In this document: piece by piece, positions 49,668 through 61,749 of the stretch | How the letters are laid out: the number at the start of each line of letters is the position of its first letter | How positions within the stretch are numbered: position 1 is the first letter of the stretch | Assembly: GCA_013265495.1 (NCBI GenBank) | Contig: MU058687.1 | Span: 4,710,093-4,774,092 of the forward strand | Length of the DNA: 64,000 nucleotides | From: Vicugna vicugna | Lineage: Eukaryota | Reading direction: 5' to 3' | The notes under the pieces: model-generated | What the model was told of the DNA's origin: nothing | Database searches by the model: none | The model's input: only the letters and a program-made list of their open reading frames with translations | Program-made: the position numbers and the translations under genes

Positions 49668-50134
49668 TGTTATTGAAGGCAAGTTCGTGTGCCTGATGCA
49701 CCGTGAAGTCGAACAAACCGAAATGTTGGAGTTTGGAGTAGAGAAAGCTCTATTGCAGGGCTGAGCAAGGAGGACGGGGTGACTCACACCTCATATTCTT
49801 CGAAGGGCTTCAGCAAAACATATTTAAAGGCTGGGCAAGGGAGGTGGGTTGCAGGGTACTTGATCAGCTCGTGCACAATCCTCTCATTGGTTGATGTTGA
49901 GGTAACAGGACAGGCAATGCCATCAACCCCTAGGAACCAGAAGTTCTGGGGGCCATGTGCTCACAATCATCAAGTAGTTCATTTCTTCCCTTTGGTGATA
50001 GTTTTTGCATCTGAAAAACTCAGAAAATATACAAGAGATACTATTATCTGGGTAGTTCAAGAGAGGAGCTACAGCAGAGGATATAGGGGAGGGGTCTGTC
50101 CTGGGAAGGACCCACAGGCTCCTGCCCAGTTACA
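49668..50134 (-). mobile_element. ERV1-class solo LTR, 467 bp (lineage-specific; subfamily uncertain)
   Basis: Ends tgtta...ttaca; 4-bp TSD-like flanks attg/tttg; antisense CCAAT (attgg ~49887), TATA-like (tatttaaa ~49821) and decayed poly(A) signal (tctatt ~49749) in LTR order. Confidence 0.8.
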
Positions 50135-50663
50135 TTTGAGCCTTGAAGTAGAAGCTTGGTGTTTTACTTCACTGATGCTCAGCTGGTCACCCCAGAAGTG
50201 CACTTTGTTGCAATTTGATGTCTATTGTAGACTAAGCCTTATGCATACAGTTCCTACCCTGATGTTCGGCATGAGTCACATATGATACATTGAAACAAGG
50301 TATTGAAATAAATAGAATGGCATTTCCCAATTCACTTTCATGCTGTTATTTTCTCTGCAAGATGCATTCTGGTTCCTTTTGTGAATTCTCAGATTTGATT
50401 CTACAAGCTGCTTAGAAATGCAGCACCTTTATGCCTCCCACAAAAGAGAGTTTTTATACAGCCCATTGTATAGAGAAAGCGTGTGGGTGTGCGTGTGCGT
50501 GTGTTTGTGTGTGTGATGGAACGGTTCCACTGACATTGTACTTGCAACACAAACTATGTTTATCACCAATTATGTGACCACTCTATTCACAAATCATTAA
50601 ATTACAGGTTTCAAGTAGAAATTAAATATCCCAAATTGAATATATATTTAGTAAAATTAATAC

Positions 50664-50698
<35 letters not shown>

Positions 50699-50701
50699 TA
50701 T
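50664..50701. repeat. (TA)n microsatellite
   Basis: Directly visible, one G interruption. Confidence 0.95.
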
Positions 50702-51534
50702 GAACTTAGTTGCCCTAGGCATTAAAAATGGAAAATAGAGTCATTCACTCCCAAATGGTCACCGGCAGTGCCATACAATTACAGATCTGATGAATTACAT
50801 CCCAGTGACACTGCTCCAGGACCAGAGATTAAACCTTTTTTTTTTTTTTGCTTGCATTGAGCTAAGTATTATTTTCAGAAAATCAAAATACAAAACTACT
50901 TTTAGCTTTGTGGCTTATCATCTCTGGAGAACCTACTGCCCAGGAATCATTTGTATGTTTTATTTAAAGAAAAAAAAAACTATAGAGAAGTTAAAATTCC
51001 CTTTCTAATTCAACCCTGTATCTCAGAAAATTATTTCCTCATTCTGTCCAATCATGTCAAAAGTTTAAAGTCATGTTCATTTCTGTTTTTCCCTAGTTTA
51101 TCTTACTTCTCTTAAAACAGGTTTAACTGTGATAAGCCATTAACAATGTATGTGCAAATAGGTATAACTCAGTAATCAACATATCATCGATGATAATCAG
51201 TAATCAATACATTAACACCAAAAGGTTACCCTTTCAAGTCCATTCTGTTCTTTGTAAGCCCTCATGCTGGTTCAGGAGTGATAAATGCCATCTTTATAAG
51301 ATGAGAAAGTAGAATCATATAAATTGTACAAAGCAAGTATTGAGCACTGGGAAGTTCGCTGTTCCTTAGAGAAATGAGCTGTGCATTTACTGCTTAAAGC
51401 ACACCTTTTAAAAGACATTATTTGGGTGCTAGTTTGGCAGAGGAGTAAAAGTCATTTGGGAAAAAAGTGAATGGTTTTAGGCTTTGCCCTTTTTGAAGTT
51501 TACAGTCTGGGTGGCAAGATAATATTGACACGAG

Positions 51535-51790
51535 AAAGCAGCTTGGTATAACGATTAAGAGCCCGAGGATTCACTTTAGGCAGAACTTCATGTAAATTCT
51601 AGTGTGGTCCCTTTTTAGCTGTGTGACTTCGTGAAAACCACTTACTTTCTATGCCTCAGTGTCTTCGTCTTAAGATAGAGATGCTAATAACTACCCAAGA
51701 GCGTTGTTACTGTTTCTGTAAAGGTTGGACGACACGATGTGTAAAAGGCATGCCTGGCAAATATATGTGTTCCTTAAATTGGTAGTTTAC
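51535..51790 (+). mobile_element. MIR SINE
   Basis: gattaagagc...tagctgtgtgactt...cactta..tctatgcctcagtgtcttcgtct...tgcctggca. Confidence 0.85.
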
Positions 51791-54700
51791 TTGTTAATCA
51801 CAAATGAAATGATTAGTTTCTTTCTACCTTAGCACACTTACCCATACCACATTTGTAATATTCATGTTTGCAATATTACAATATCCTGATGATTTGAGTA
51901 GCCCTTGGATGTTTTTATTTAAAGCAGTGGTATCCATATTTTGTAAATCTCTATAACCCTGAATTTAACCCAATACCAATGCACAAAAGATTCTGAACAA
52001 ACATTTGTTATAATTTAATTGAAACAAAGAAAAAATATGCTTCAAAACAAAGATCGTGGTTTTAAAAATGGCTGCATTCAAAGATTTTTTTTTTCTAGAA
52101 ACCAGCCTGATTAGTGGGAGTACTAATTATGAGTATTTATAGTAGTATATTTATTGGGTAGATTAGGCGCCATATGGTGTGCTGGCTTAAAGGGCTCTGG
52201 CTCTTTATTAATAGGTATATAGGGCTCCGGGATGATGGGTTGCTGGATCCATATGCTATCCAGGAGATAAATTTAGTGTATGGTGACCTTGCTACAGGAT
52301 CAAGTAGCATTAAAAAAAAAAAATGAACTGAAGTGGAAGAAATGCTTAGGTTAACGCAACAGATCTGATGATTGACCAATGTGGCAAGGACAGTTCTGTT
52401 CCAAAAATAGTCCACAGTATGATCAGCACTGAATTAATGTTGTTGCAGATTATAGGCTTGAAGTTTTTCCTTGTTAGTAAAAATCACCTTTTAAGTAACA
52501 TCATACATTTTGAGCCAAAGCAAAGCTTTTTATTATAGAAACACCACACTTGAAAAACTTGCAAAGAGACATGGATCTCCCTGTAATAGGTTCTTGTCCT
52601 GGGCTTCCATTTCCAGTTCCAGAAATCCTGAGGGAAATAAACAGCTGTCCAAATGAAATGCTGAAAGGATATCCCTGGGCAAATAAGAAATCTTAGAAGG
52701 CTGTCGAAGCAAACTGTATGGATGGAGACTGAATACTGGAGAAGGGGATATGGAAACTTTTAGCCAAGGCAAAGCTTAAAAAGACCTGTTAAACGGTACA
52801 TGAGATTGATCTAATGTTTAAGGAAAAGTGACTTCCTCCTCTCCCACGTCTAGGATACATGGTTTACTAGCCCCTGTGCTGTTCATCGTTTATTATTATT
52901 CTATCTCATTTTCTCTCCCATACTTTCCTCTTCTCCTCATTCTGGATGAGTGTAACCAGTATCAAGGCTGGGGCCACAGGAAGCATGTGGCCAAGGGCTT
53001 TGCAGTGAGGAAGACAGGGAATTGTAGATGCTCCTTAATTACTTTTTTCCACCAATTTAAGGATTCTCTGTGTAACAACTAAGAACAAGGGAAAGACAGC
53101 ATCAAGAATGCTAGTGGTCATCAGAATACCCATCCTGAGGGCTCATGGAGCCCTCGGGGGACCTAGTCATTGTGCCATTTGCTTAGATTATGCCCCTGAT
53201 CTTCTTCACAGCCTTGTACACTGGACACGATGAGCAGGGTCTTAGGAAAAGGGAATAAAGGTTGCTTTAATTTGGAGACACAAAGCTAAGCTAAGATTAT
53301 TTAAGTAATGTTCATGAGGGGTTTGTGGATATGATTTATCAAAAAGAAGTGCTTCCACCAGGGCTCACAGTAATAATGATTCCAGCAAGCTGGGTGTGGA
53401 ATCTATCACTTGACTGTTTGGGGCTTCTCTTGACACTAGGCTTATGGCAAAAATCGAGTTTTGCTATAACCTTGATTATTCGGAGAAAATAGGGTTTCTG
53501 CAACACAGCAGGGACAGAAGAGCAGTGGCAACTGGAGAGGATACTCACCAAGTGTTATAGGTGCTGGAAGAAATATAGATAAACTAAATTTTTTTCATTT
53601 TATTCACAAAAAACAGGCTTTTGAGATTTTTTTACCTAACATCAACTTAAAGAAAAGACGCCAATGTTCGGTCTACACACAAAGCCTGATTTGCTGATTT
53701 TTTCCCCCATTTTTCTTTGGTCCAGTTATTTTAGTGTCTCATAAACACAAACCTAGCTTCTCGTTTCATCATTTTAACTTCCATTAGACCCCGTTGTAAG
53801 TGAGCAGGGATGCTCTGGACCTTCAGCTGCTCCAGGTCTGCCGGCTTGCCCTGCAAGTTCTGAATGCCTGCCCTGCGCTTCCCAGTGAAGGTTAGTGCTT
53901 ATGGCAGTCCTCCCAGTGGAGAGCAAAATGAGCAGGTGAGGCCAAAAGCAGCATCTGTGACTTGCTAGGATCGGCTGGTGGTGTTTGCATAATTTCCACT
54001 TCAAAGAGTTCAGAGACAGCTTGGTGACAGTCAGTTCCCTGCAGCCTGGGGTTATCAACTAGTCAGTGTTACCTCTGGTACAACTACCATTGATGTAAAA
54101 TCATTTACCTTCTTTCTTACGACGTCAGAACAGTGGAGACCTCCAGAGTTCATATTCTTCCATTTCCGCATCGTGCACATGACGAAATCATGAAATTCAC
54201 GTGTTCAGCTTCTTCACGCTGCAATATTCATTGAGCTGCTTGTCTGTGCCAGAAAAAGGATCAAATTGCACAGGCCTGGCGGGTTGGAAAGGCTAACTTT
54301 TCTTTTCCTTTTTTCTTTTTTTTTTTCCTGTGTCCCCATCGCTCAGTTTAAGTCTGATCAATAGTAGGTCTAAATATGTGTTTGTTGAAGGAATGCAAGA
54401 TTTTAGTTATAATTAACTACAGTTAACCAACGTTAGCCAGATGACTGACTGAATGGATGAAAAATCTTCATGGAGAGGATGATCCTGTGCGTCACCTTGT
54501 GGGGTGGGTGGGAACTGATGAGAGTGGCCTCACAGCGAGATCAAGGAAACTAACCAGTGTCAGAGTCCAGCCAACAGCAAAGACAGCACTGAAATACTTG
54601 TCTAGTTGAGAAATCTTTCTGTGTGAATAGGCTCACATTCCAAAAGGAAGGGTCCTAATGCATTTTAAATTGCTTAATCAAAGATTTTCCTTGTGGTATA

Positions 54701-55704
54701 CTGACTGAGGAATCTGTCAGGACAAGGAAAATCCTGAAATGCCTAGTATTCTTAAAAAGTTCCTAGCTATTTTCAACAGTCAACACCAACTACTTCTCAT
54801 TATGAAGTAAACAGTTGGATTAATCACCCACCACTCACCCTAGTCCATCCTATCTAATGCCAGCAAACCTGTTCCTTAGAAGTTTTCGCCATTGGTTTTG
54901 GAGAGGTGGAAAGATTAACATCAATGACAATGGAGAGTTTATGTAATAGTTATCTTGTTAACCCCGTTATCCAACTGTCAGGGTACCAGGTATAGAAGGA
55001 AAAAGGAGGAGGAGACTAAAGGAGTTGTTTGCTGTGAGGGTTGAGAGCATCCTTGGCTCCTTGAAATGAAGGGATGAAAATAAATCCTCTGTATTACTGA
55101 AGCATGTGAATGTCATGAAATTGTGGGACCTGAATCAATATATTGCATTTACAGCAGAGAAAAAGAAAGAAAGGGATTTTCAGAATTTATTCATCCAACT
55201 CCTCTGAAAAATACCTGTGTGAACCACTGGGCTGAGAATGTCGATTCCATTGAATTTGACCCTTTTATTGTCACAACTTGGGAGTGTTGCCCCAAAAAGT
55301 CACGTTGCAAAAGAAATGTTTCTCCCTTGCCTTTTGAGTGACCCACTTTTGACACTTGATTGGGTGAAGAAAATACTGATAAAAACTTCTCTTATAGGAG
55401 CCATAGACAAATAATGGTCATAAGTTCATTACATAAGTTCAATACGATTTTTATATGTATTAATGAATTATTCCAATCACATACAAAGCAGAGAGAAGTT
55501 ACTGTCATTGTTTCCATTTAAAAAATAGGTCAAATTAAGACTTACATATGATGAGGATTGTGAAAATAAACCTTTTGTTATGTGTTCTGGGTTTAACGGG
55601 CGCCAAGGTAGCATGGCTATACTTCAGTGATAGTGATAACTGATAGCTGAAAGGGATTTTCGGCAAAGACCATCTTATTTTAAAGAAGAGGTTTTCTTAA
55701 AGAT

Positions 55705-56235
55705 GTATTCATTTGTCCCCAAAATACTGAGTGCCTACTCTGGACCAGGTATTGTTCAGATCACTGAGGCTAAGGTAGTGAACAAGACAGGCACATATCT
55801 ATTCTCATGGGCTTGCTTTCTAGTCAGAGGAGAAAGAAAAGATGTGGTAAGTGCTGTGGAGAAAACATCACGGGTTATGTGATAAAGAATGAGCACCAGC
55901 TACAAGGGAGAAGTTGTTACCTTTGGTTGTTTGATTACAAAAGTCTTCTTAAGACATTACCCTTGACTTGAGAAGAGTCACCCATGTGAAGATCTGAGGG
56001 AGGAGGAAAGAGCAAATGCAAAGGTACCCAAAGCCATTATGGCATTTACCTATTGGAAGAACAGGATAAATCCCAGGGTCTGGAGTCTATAGAGGGGAGT
56101 ATGATGCCAGGTGAAGGAGGAGGGGATGGTAAGAGCCAGATCACGGAGGGTCTTTGGGACCATTTTAAGGAGTTTGATTTTATTCTAAGGCAATTGGAAT
56201 CCATTTGAGAACTGTAGGTGGGAGAGTGGTAGGGA
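55705..56235 (-). mobile_element. L2a-like fragment
   Basis: tactgagtgcctactctg..ccagg...gtgaacaagacag...agcaaatgcaaagg...agccagatcac...taaggagtttgattttattctaag. Confidence 0.88.
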
Positions 56236-56994
56236 CTGATGGCCAGTGTATGATGGGAGATAATCCCACCTATGCCCACATTTTTAGGAACAAACCACCT
56301 TAAAGATCAATTTATTGATTCAAAATTATTAAAGAATGTTTACAATGTGCCTTAAAATGTTCTAGAGTTTTAGCAAGAAAAGACAAGTTTCTGCCTTTTT
56401 GGGCTTACATTCTACTGGGGGGACAGGAGGAGACAGACAAAAGCTAACAAGGACCATGGATTAAATACAAAAGGTTTATATGGTAAAGAATGGTAGGGTG
56501 GGATAGTGGAAATTTTGCTGGATTGGAGACCTCTAGGGCTTCTTTAGTAACTAATTTCAGGGTTTTTTTTTCTTTTTGGTCGTTGTTGTTGTAGTAGTTG
56601 TTTTGACTGTTGTTGCTATGATGTTTTTTTAAACCCCTGATGGTCAAGAAAGTCTTCCTTTGTTTTGCCTGTTTTTATTTCTGTCAGTTGCTTTTTATTC
56701 TGCTATCCCCACTTGTAGTGCACAGCCTTTTTCTAACAGCCTTATCTCAAGAAAACACTTTATCTCCTGAAACAGTAATTAATTTACTCTTCTGCTTTCT
56801 ATTCTAGAGACTCTTATTTTCCCGAACTTCCACATTTGTTCTATTTATTCATCCCTTTCATTATTTTTGTTACTCTTCTCTAGCCTCATAAATACAGAGA
56901 CTTATCCTGGAAAAAAAAAAGTATTAACTCAGATATAATTTAGGCAGAATCTAGTAGAGGAATTATTTTGTAATTCCTATAAGGAACCCATCAA

Positions 56995-57200
56995 TTCTCC
57001 CTCCTTCCCTTCTCCTCCCACTTTCTCTTCCTTTCTTCCTCCCTCATTCCCTCCCCCATTCTTCCTTCCTTCCTTCCTCCTCCATCCTTCTCTCCCTCTT
57101 TTTCCTTCTTCCCTTCCCTTCCTTTCTCTTCCCTTCTTCCTTCCTTCCTTTTTTTCCCTTTCCTTTCCTTTCTTCTGTCTTTTTTCTTTTTTCCTTTCCT
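56995..57200. repeat. ~200-bp polypyrimidine low-complexity tract (CCTT/CTTT-rich)
   Basis: Directly visible; source of the spurious K/E/G/R-rich ORF 56977-57348. Confidence 0.95.
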
Positions 57201-58339
57201 TATGCCAAAATACTAGATAAATAACTTTCTTTCCTTTAAAATACTTTAAAGGTAGCTCCTCCATAATGAACTCTTGTGTATCAGTATTTCTTTTTCTGTT
57301 AAGAAGGAATGGGGCAATAAAAGAAGACCATTTTGACGCTTCTTTCAAACAAAGATGTCTTAGCCAGGGCTTCCCCTATAATAATACCCAGGGTATTATT
57401 GCTACCACAGGATTGAGTTTCATTGAGAAAGAAACTCTTAGAAATCATGGAAAATTAATAGTGAGGAAATGGTTTTGCCTGTCCACCAGGACTTGGAAGA
57501 AACGTTTTTAGCCTGCTGTCTTCCCACCACTTCTCCTGGGATTTTCATGGTAAGAAGAAAGGAGTTGTGTTTGGCAGCTATTTCAGTGATTGAAGGGATA
57601 TTTTTAAATGGATGATTTTATTAGTAGAATTTTCCTAGAAGACAGACTCCAGACCAAAAATATTCTTGAGGATATAGCCCTCAAGGATGTTTCTGCCAAC
57701 TGTGTTAAAAGCATTTGTAGGGAAAATATGGCTTCATGGGATGTTCATGTTTCCCAAAGTAGCTACTGATTTTCTCAACAAAGAGGTAGCAGCAATCTGC
57801 TGAAAAGGAAAGCAACTTTTTTTTTAAATGAAGAAAAATGAGATGATTAATTTAGATGAATGTATTTGTTTTTACCAAAGTTCCACATTTCTGTTTTAAT
57901 AGATTCTTCCTTTCCTAGAAAGATTCCTTTTGGAGCCACCTAGAAAGGATCTATAGACATTCCCGAGAAGCCACTGCTGAGGCACACTCGGGGATGAAAT
58001 TTTTATCATGTATTTTGCAGTCCCACTTTATCACTGGGTAGCATTAGAAGATACATCTACACATTATGACCTTAGATCCTGAGCCTAGGTATGTTCTCCA
58101 CTATTCTTGGCTCTGTTTTCCAAAGCAGTGGAGTCCTTCTTCTGTATGCCGTCCTATGTGTTTGAAGATGGCCACCCTGTGCACCTTCCAGGGACTTCTG
58201 GTTTTATATCCTGAGCTCAATCAATTGTTCCTCAAATGACAGCACCTTGAGGTCTTCTCTTTCCATACTGATTACTTTCCTTTGAAGTCTAATATTCAAT
58301 GTCTTACTTATAATGTTATGAACAGAGCTATTTAGAAAG

Positions 58340-58870
58340 CTGCAGTCTTCTCAGAGTACAATCAGACTAGAACATCCCTCACGTGAGGTACCCGCTGTGA
58401 GACCCTATGCAATTTGGTCTCTCTGTACATCTCTAAGCACTTCTCCCACTCTCTCCCTTGTGCCTCCAATCCATCCACACTGCTTCCCGAGCCACATCTC
58501 AAGCAAGCCAGGCACATTTCTGACTTCATCCTTTATCCTCATTTCCCCATCTCAAACCTTCTTTCCTCAAAAGATACATGGTGACCTTCTTCTTGTTCTC
58601 AGGTCCCTATTGCCATCACCTCAGAGGGTCCTGCTCTGCCCATCTCATTTCAAATAGCCACGCCCCCATACCTGTCCCCTTACAGTGCTTTGTTAACACT
58701 TGAAACTCCCAGACATTATATTCGCAATCTATTTGTTTGTTTTTAAACTTGCCTTCATTGTAAGAGTAGCCTCTCTATTAAGGCAGGTACCCTCACTGAT
58801 GTCTTTCCAGCACCTGGAAAGGCATCTAGCATGTAATAGGAGTTTAATAATTATTGGTGAATGTATCAAC
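58340..58870 (+). mobile_element. L2a-like fragment including 3' end
   Basis: ctccaatccatccacactg...caagccaggcaca...tcacctcagag...ccagcacctgga..catgtaataggag.ttaataa. Confidence 0.8.
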
Positions 58871-59020
58871 TAATTTACTGTCTCCATGCAGATTATCTGT
58901 GGGCAGAGAATACAGAATAAGATTTTTACTACATATTTAACAGTGCATGTAGCCACACACTAAAAAGAATTATCTGACTCACAATGAACCCAAACAACAT
59001 TTGGGCTTTCAGATGTTAAA

Positions 59021-59180
59021 GTGTATGTCTGTATGTGTGTATGTGTCTATATATGTATGTCTATATATGTGTATATATATGTGTATGTCTGTTTAATAGA
59101 TTCTTCCTTTCTTATATATGTCTATATATGTTTATATGTGTGTGTGTCTATATATGTGTATATGTGTGTGTGTGTGTGTA
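59021..59180. repeat. Compound (TG)n/(TA)n low-complexity repeat
   Basis: Directly visible. Confidence 0.92.
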
Positions 59181-60190
59181 TCCGAACAGGTGAACATGTG
59201 GTTTGGAGACTTGTATCCAAACCCTGTAAGTGACAGAACCTGGAAAATAACAAAAGTGCATGAAGTGAAGGAAAGTGAGCCTGCCCGACTGCTCACTGCA
59301 CATGAATTTCCAAGGATACAGTTGTTCTTGAACAATCACCGTCAGTATATCAAAATAAGCGCTTTATTGAGTAGGGTAAAAGAAGTTGCTAGCGAGACTG
59401 TAAATTCTCTCCCAGAACAAATGATAACTGAGCCCAGGAGCCCCTTTGTCCTGGGGGGAGGGGGCATAAATTCCCTGAAAGTATCTGTCGCAGGGAATTG
59501 CTCTGCATTCATCATGTCTGCCTCCTGCATCATTCATGAATGTCATAAGAGTCTAAAGAATCGGCACTTCACAGTGAGGATGATAAAATAGCCATTATAC
59601 TTGTCTCCCCTGTTGCACAGTGCTTTTAAAGAGATCCCATTCCATTGGCAGCAGACCCTTTCTAACCCCCTCTCGTTTCTTGCCTCCCAAGATCTCCGGT
59701 ATTGGAGTGAAGGAGCATTGAGTGTTGTCAGCCTTACACTTGTCAAGACTGAACAAGTCTATGGACTGGCACTTCAGTTTGCTATTCCCCTATAAGGAGA
59801 CCTTAGGATTTGGAGAAAAATATGTCATTAAGATTAAAGTTGTTCCTTTTTCCAGGGAGTAGAGATATTCCAGCTTGAGCTTAGAGTCTTCAGCAACTGA
59901 GCTTAAACTCTTTCAGATATTTTCATATCTCTTTCCTTCTCTTCACTTTTGTGGACTAAGAATAATGACTCAGAAAAGGACCCCTTTATATAAGATTCGT
60001 TATTTTATGTATTCAGAAATGAGGCCTTCAGATGATTGTGTACCCAATAAAATATATATGCATGTGAAGTAAATACTGATATAACGAAGTATATGTAATC
60101 TTATTTCTGCCTTCTCCTCTGCACCCATTTCGTGCCACATATTTGACACCTGTACACATATTCTTCCTCTCTCTCTTTCACTCTCTTTTA

Positions 60191-60193
<3 letters not shown>

Positions 60194-60223
<30 letters not shown>
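60194..60223. repeat. (AC)n microsatellite, ~15 units
   Basis: Directly visible. Confidence 0.95.
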
Positions 60224-60226
<3 letters not shown>

Positions 60227-60327
60227 AAACCTGCTCTGTAGTGATTCTTATTGCCCAAACAGTATCCTTATGGGATGGAGTAAATTAATATTGATCAAGA
60301 AGCGAGTTTTTCTTAAGCACCTACTTT

Positions 60328-60510
60328 AGAGGCAGCAGAAGGGCACTGGACTAGAGTCAGGAGGCAGTAGTTCTAATTTGGCCCTGCCACTCATCAACTC
60401 TGACCTTGGACCAATGCTGTGACCTCTTGGGGCCTCAGTATTTGCATCTATAAATGAGGACATCAATTGCTACCTCTCAAATTCTCCTTCCAGCTGTTAC
60501 AGTGCGTGAT
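60328..60510 (+). mobile_element. MIR3 SINE
   Basis: gggcactggactagagtcagga...ctgccact...tgaccttgg...gggcctcagt..catctataaatgagg...ccttccagct. Confidence 0.85.
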
Positions 60511-61671
60511 CTTATGTGTCCAGTGTGGGACTCAGCCACTATGAGGACACAAAGAAGCACATGATATCACCATCACCTGAAAAGAACTCATAATCTGATT
60601 GCGTCCAGGCAGTCGCTAACCCCTGCTGGGCAACAAGCTCCAGCAAAATATGAGTGCTGGGTTTGTACTGTCTTCTTTGACTGTGAAATCAGTCATTATT
60701 CACATTAAAAAAATAATAGCATGATCTATGACTGTGATTTCCATGTAGTAAACACCAGATGTCTTTGTGCCCCTGTGGTTTGTGGGCTTCTCCCCAAAGT
60801 TTATGACTTTTAAAGAATGTTCCCTTTAAGCAAAACTTTGGACACATATTAAGGGATGGAGTTGAAAGGGTCTATTAGAGACATTAGATCATCACTGGTT
60901 GTGACCAGTAAGAGGACCCCCTTCAGAGGAAATGTGTTCTTGTCTTGCTTAAGAAGTCATACCAGCCGTGCCTCTAGGTCACCAGTTGCTTCTGTGAAGG
61001 TAGACCCTTTGAGCTTTAATTTGTCGGCTGTGAGGAACCTCCTCACTCCTCGTTATCCAGGCTCTCTCTGGAAGTGGGAGGGCTGATTGAAATGCCAGCC
61101 TTGGCACTTTACATTCTGCTGCTCCAGCCATGTGAGTCTGATTCGTTCTTGCTGCTGGTTTAAGAGAGATTAAAAGAAGCAAAGCTGCTCTCTTGAGTTT
61201 CTTGATCTGCACCGTGGCAGCTAGAGTTAGAGGAAATGGGGACAATGGGAGAGGGAATAAATCCTCGAGAGTGATGTGTATGTGATCTCTGGGAAGCAGA
61301 CCCACTGTTCACACGGAGGCTTCAAATACTAGGTCATTGCTTTGGAGAATCTACCAGTGGCCAGTAAAGCCTCCCACCTACGTGACACAATGTGAGGCAG
61401 AAGCTGAGGCTGAGAGATAAGGACAGACAGGATATATGACTGAATAAAGAACTTTCAATTTCCTTTCCTCAGTAGATGGACAAGTATCACATCATTAAAA
61501 AATACCCACATGAAAAAAAAAAGCTTCCAGTCCGAGAGCACATGGGCAGTGCCTGAATCTTTCACATGACTGACTTAATCAGAAGGCTTAATCTAACAGG
61601 GAGAAGCACTGTATTAATTTAAATATGGCAGGTGCTATCTAAGTTTATTGCAAGAGCTAAAGACCAATTAT

Positions 61672-61749
61672 CTTGTATTTTTCCATAAAATTGCATTTCC
61701 TAAAAAGAGACTTGTATTTTTCCATAAAATTGCATTTCCTAAAAAGAGA
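61672..61749. repeat. Perfect 39-bp tandem duplication
   Basis: cttgtatttttccataaaattgcatttcctaaaaagaga at 61672-61710 and 61711-61749. Confidence 0.98.

Noticed and set aside
49779..50285. 168-aa ORF
   Set aside because: Mostly the antisense reading of the ERV1 solo LTR; no gag, pol or env similarity
56977..57348. 123-aa K/E/R/G-rich ORF
   Set aside because: Translation of the low-complexity purine strand
59118..59591. 157-aa ORF
   Set aside because: Starts in the TG/TA repeat and has no homology I recognise; only the internal 36-nt exon candidate was kept
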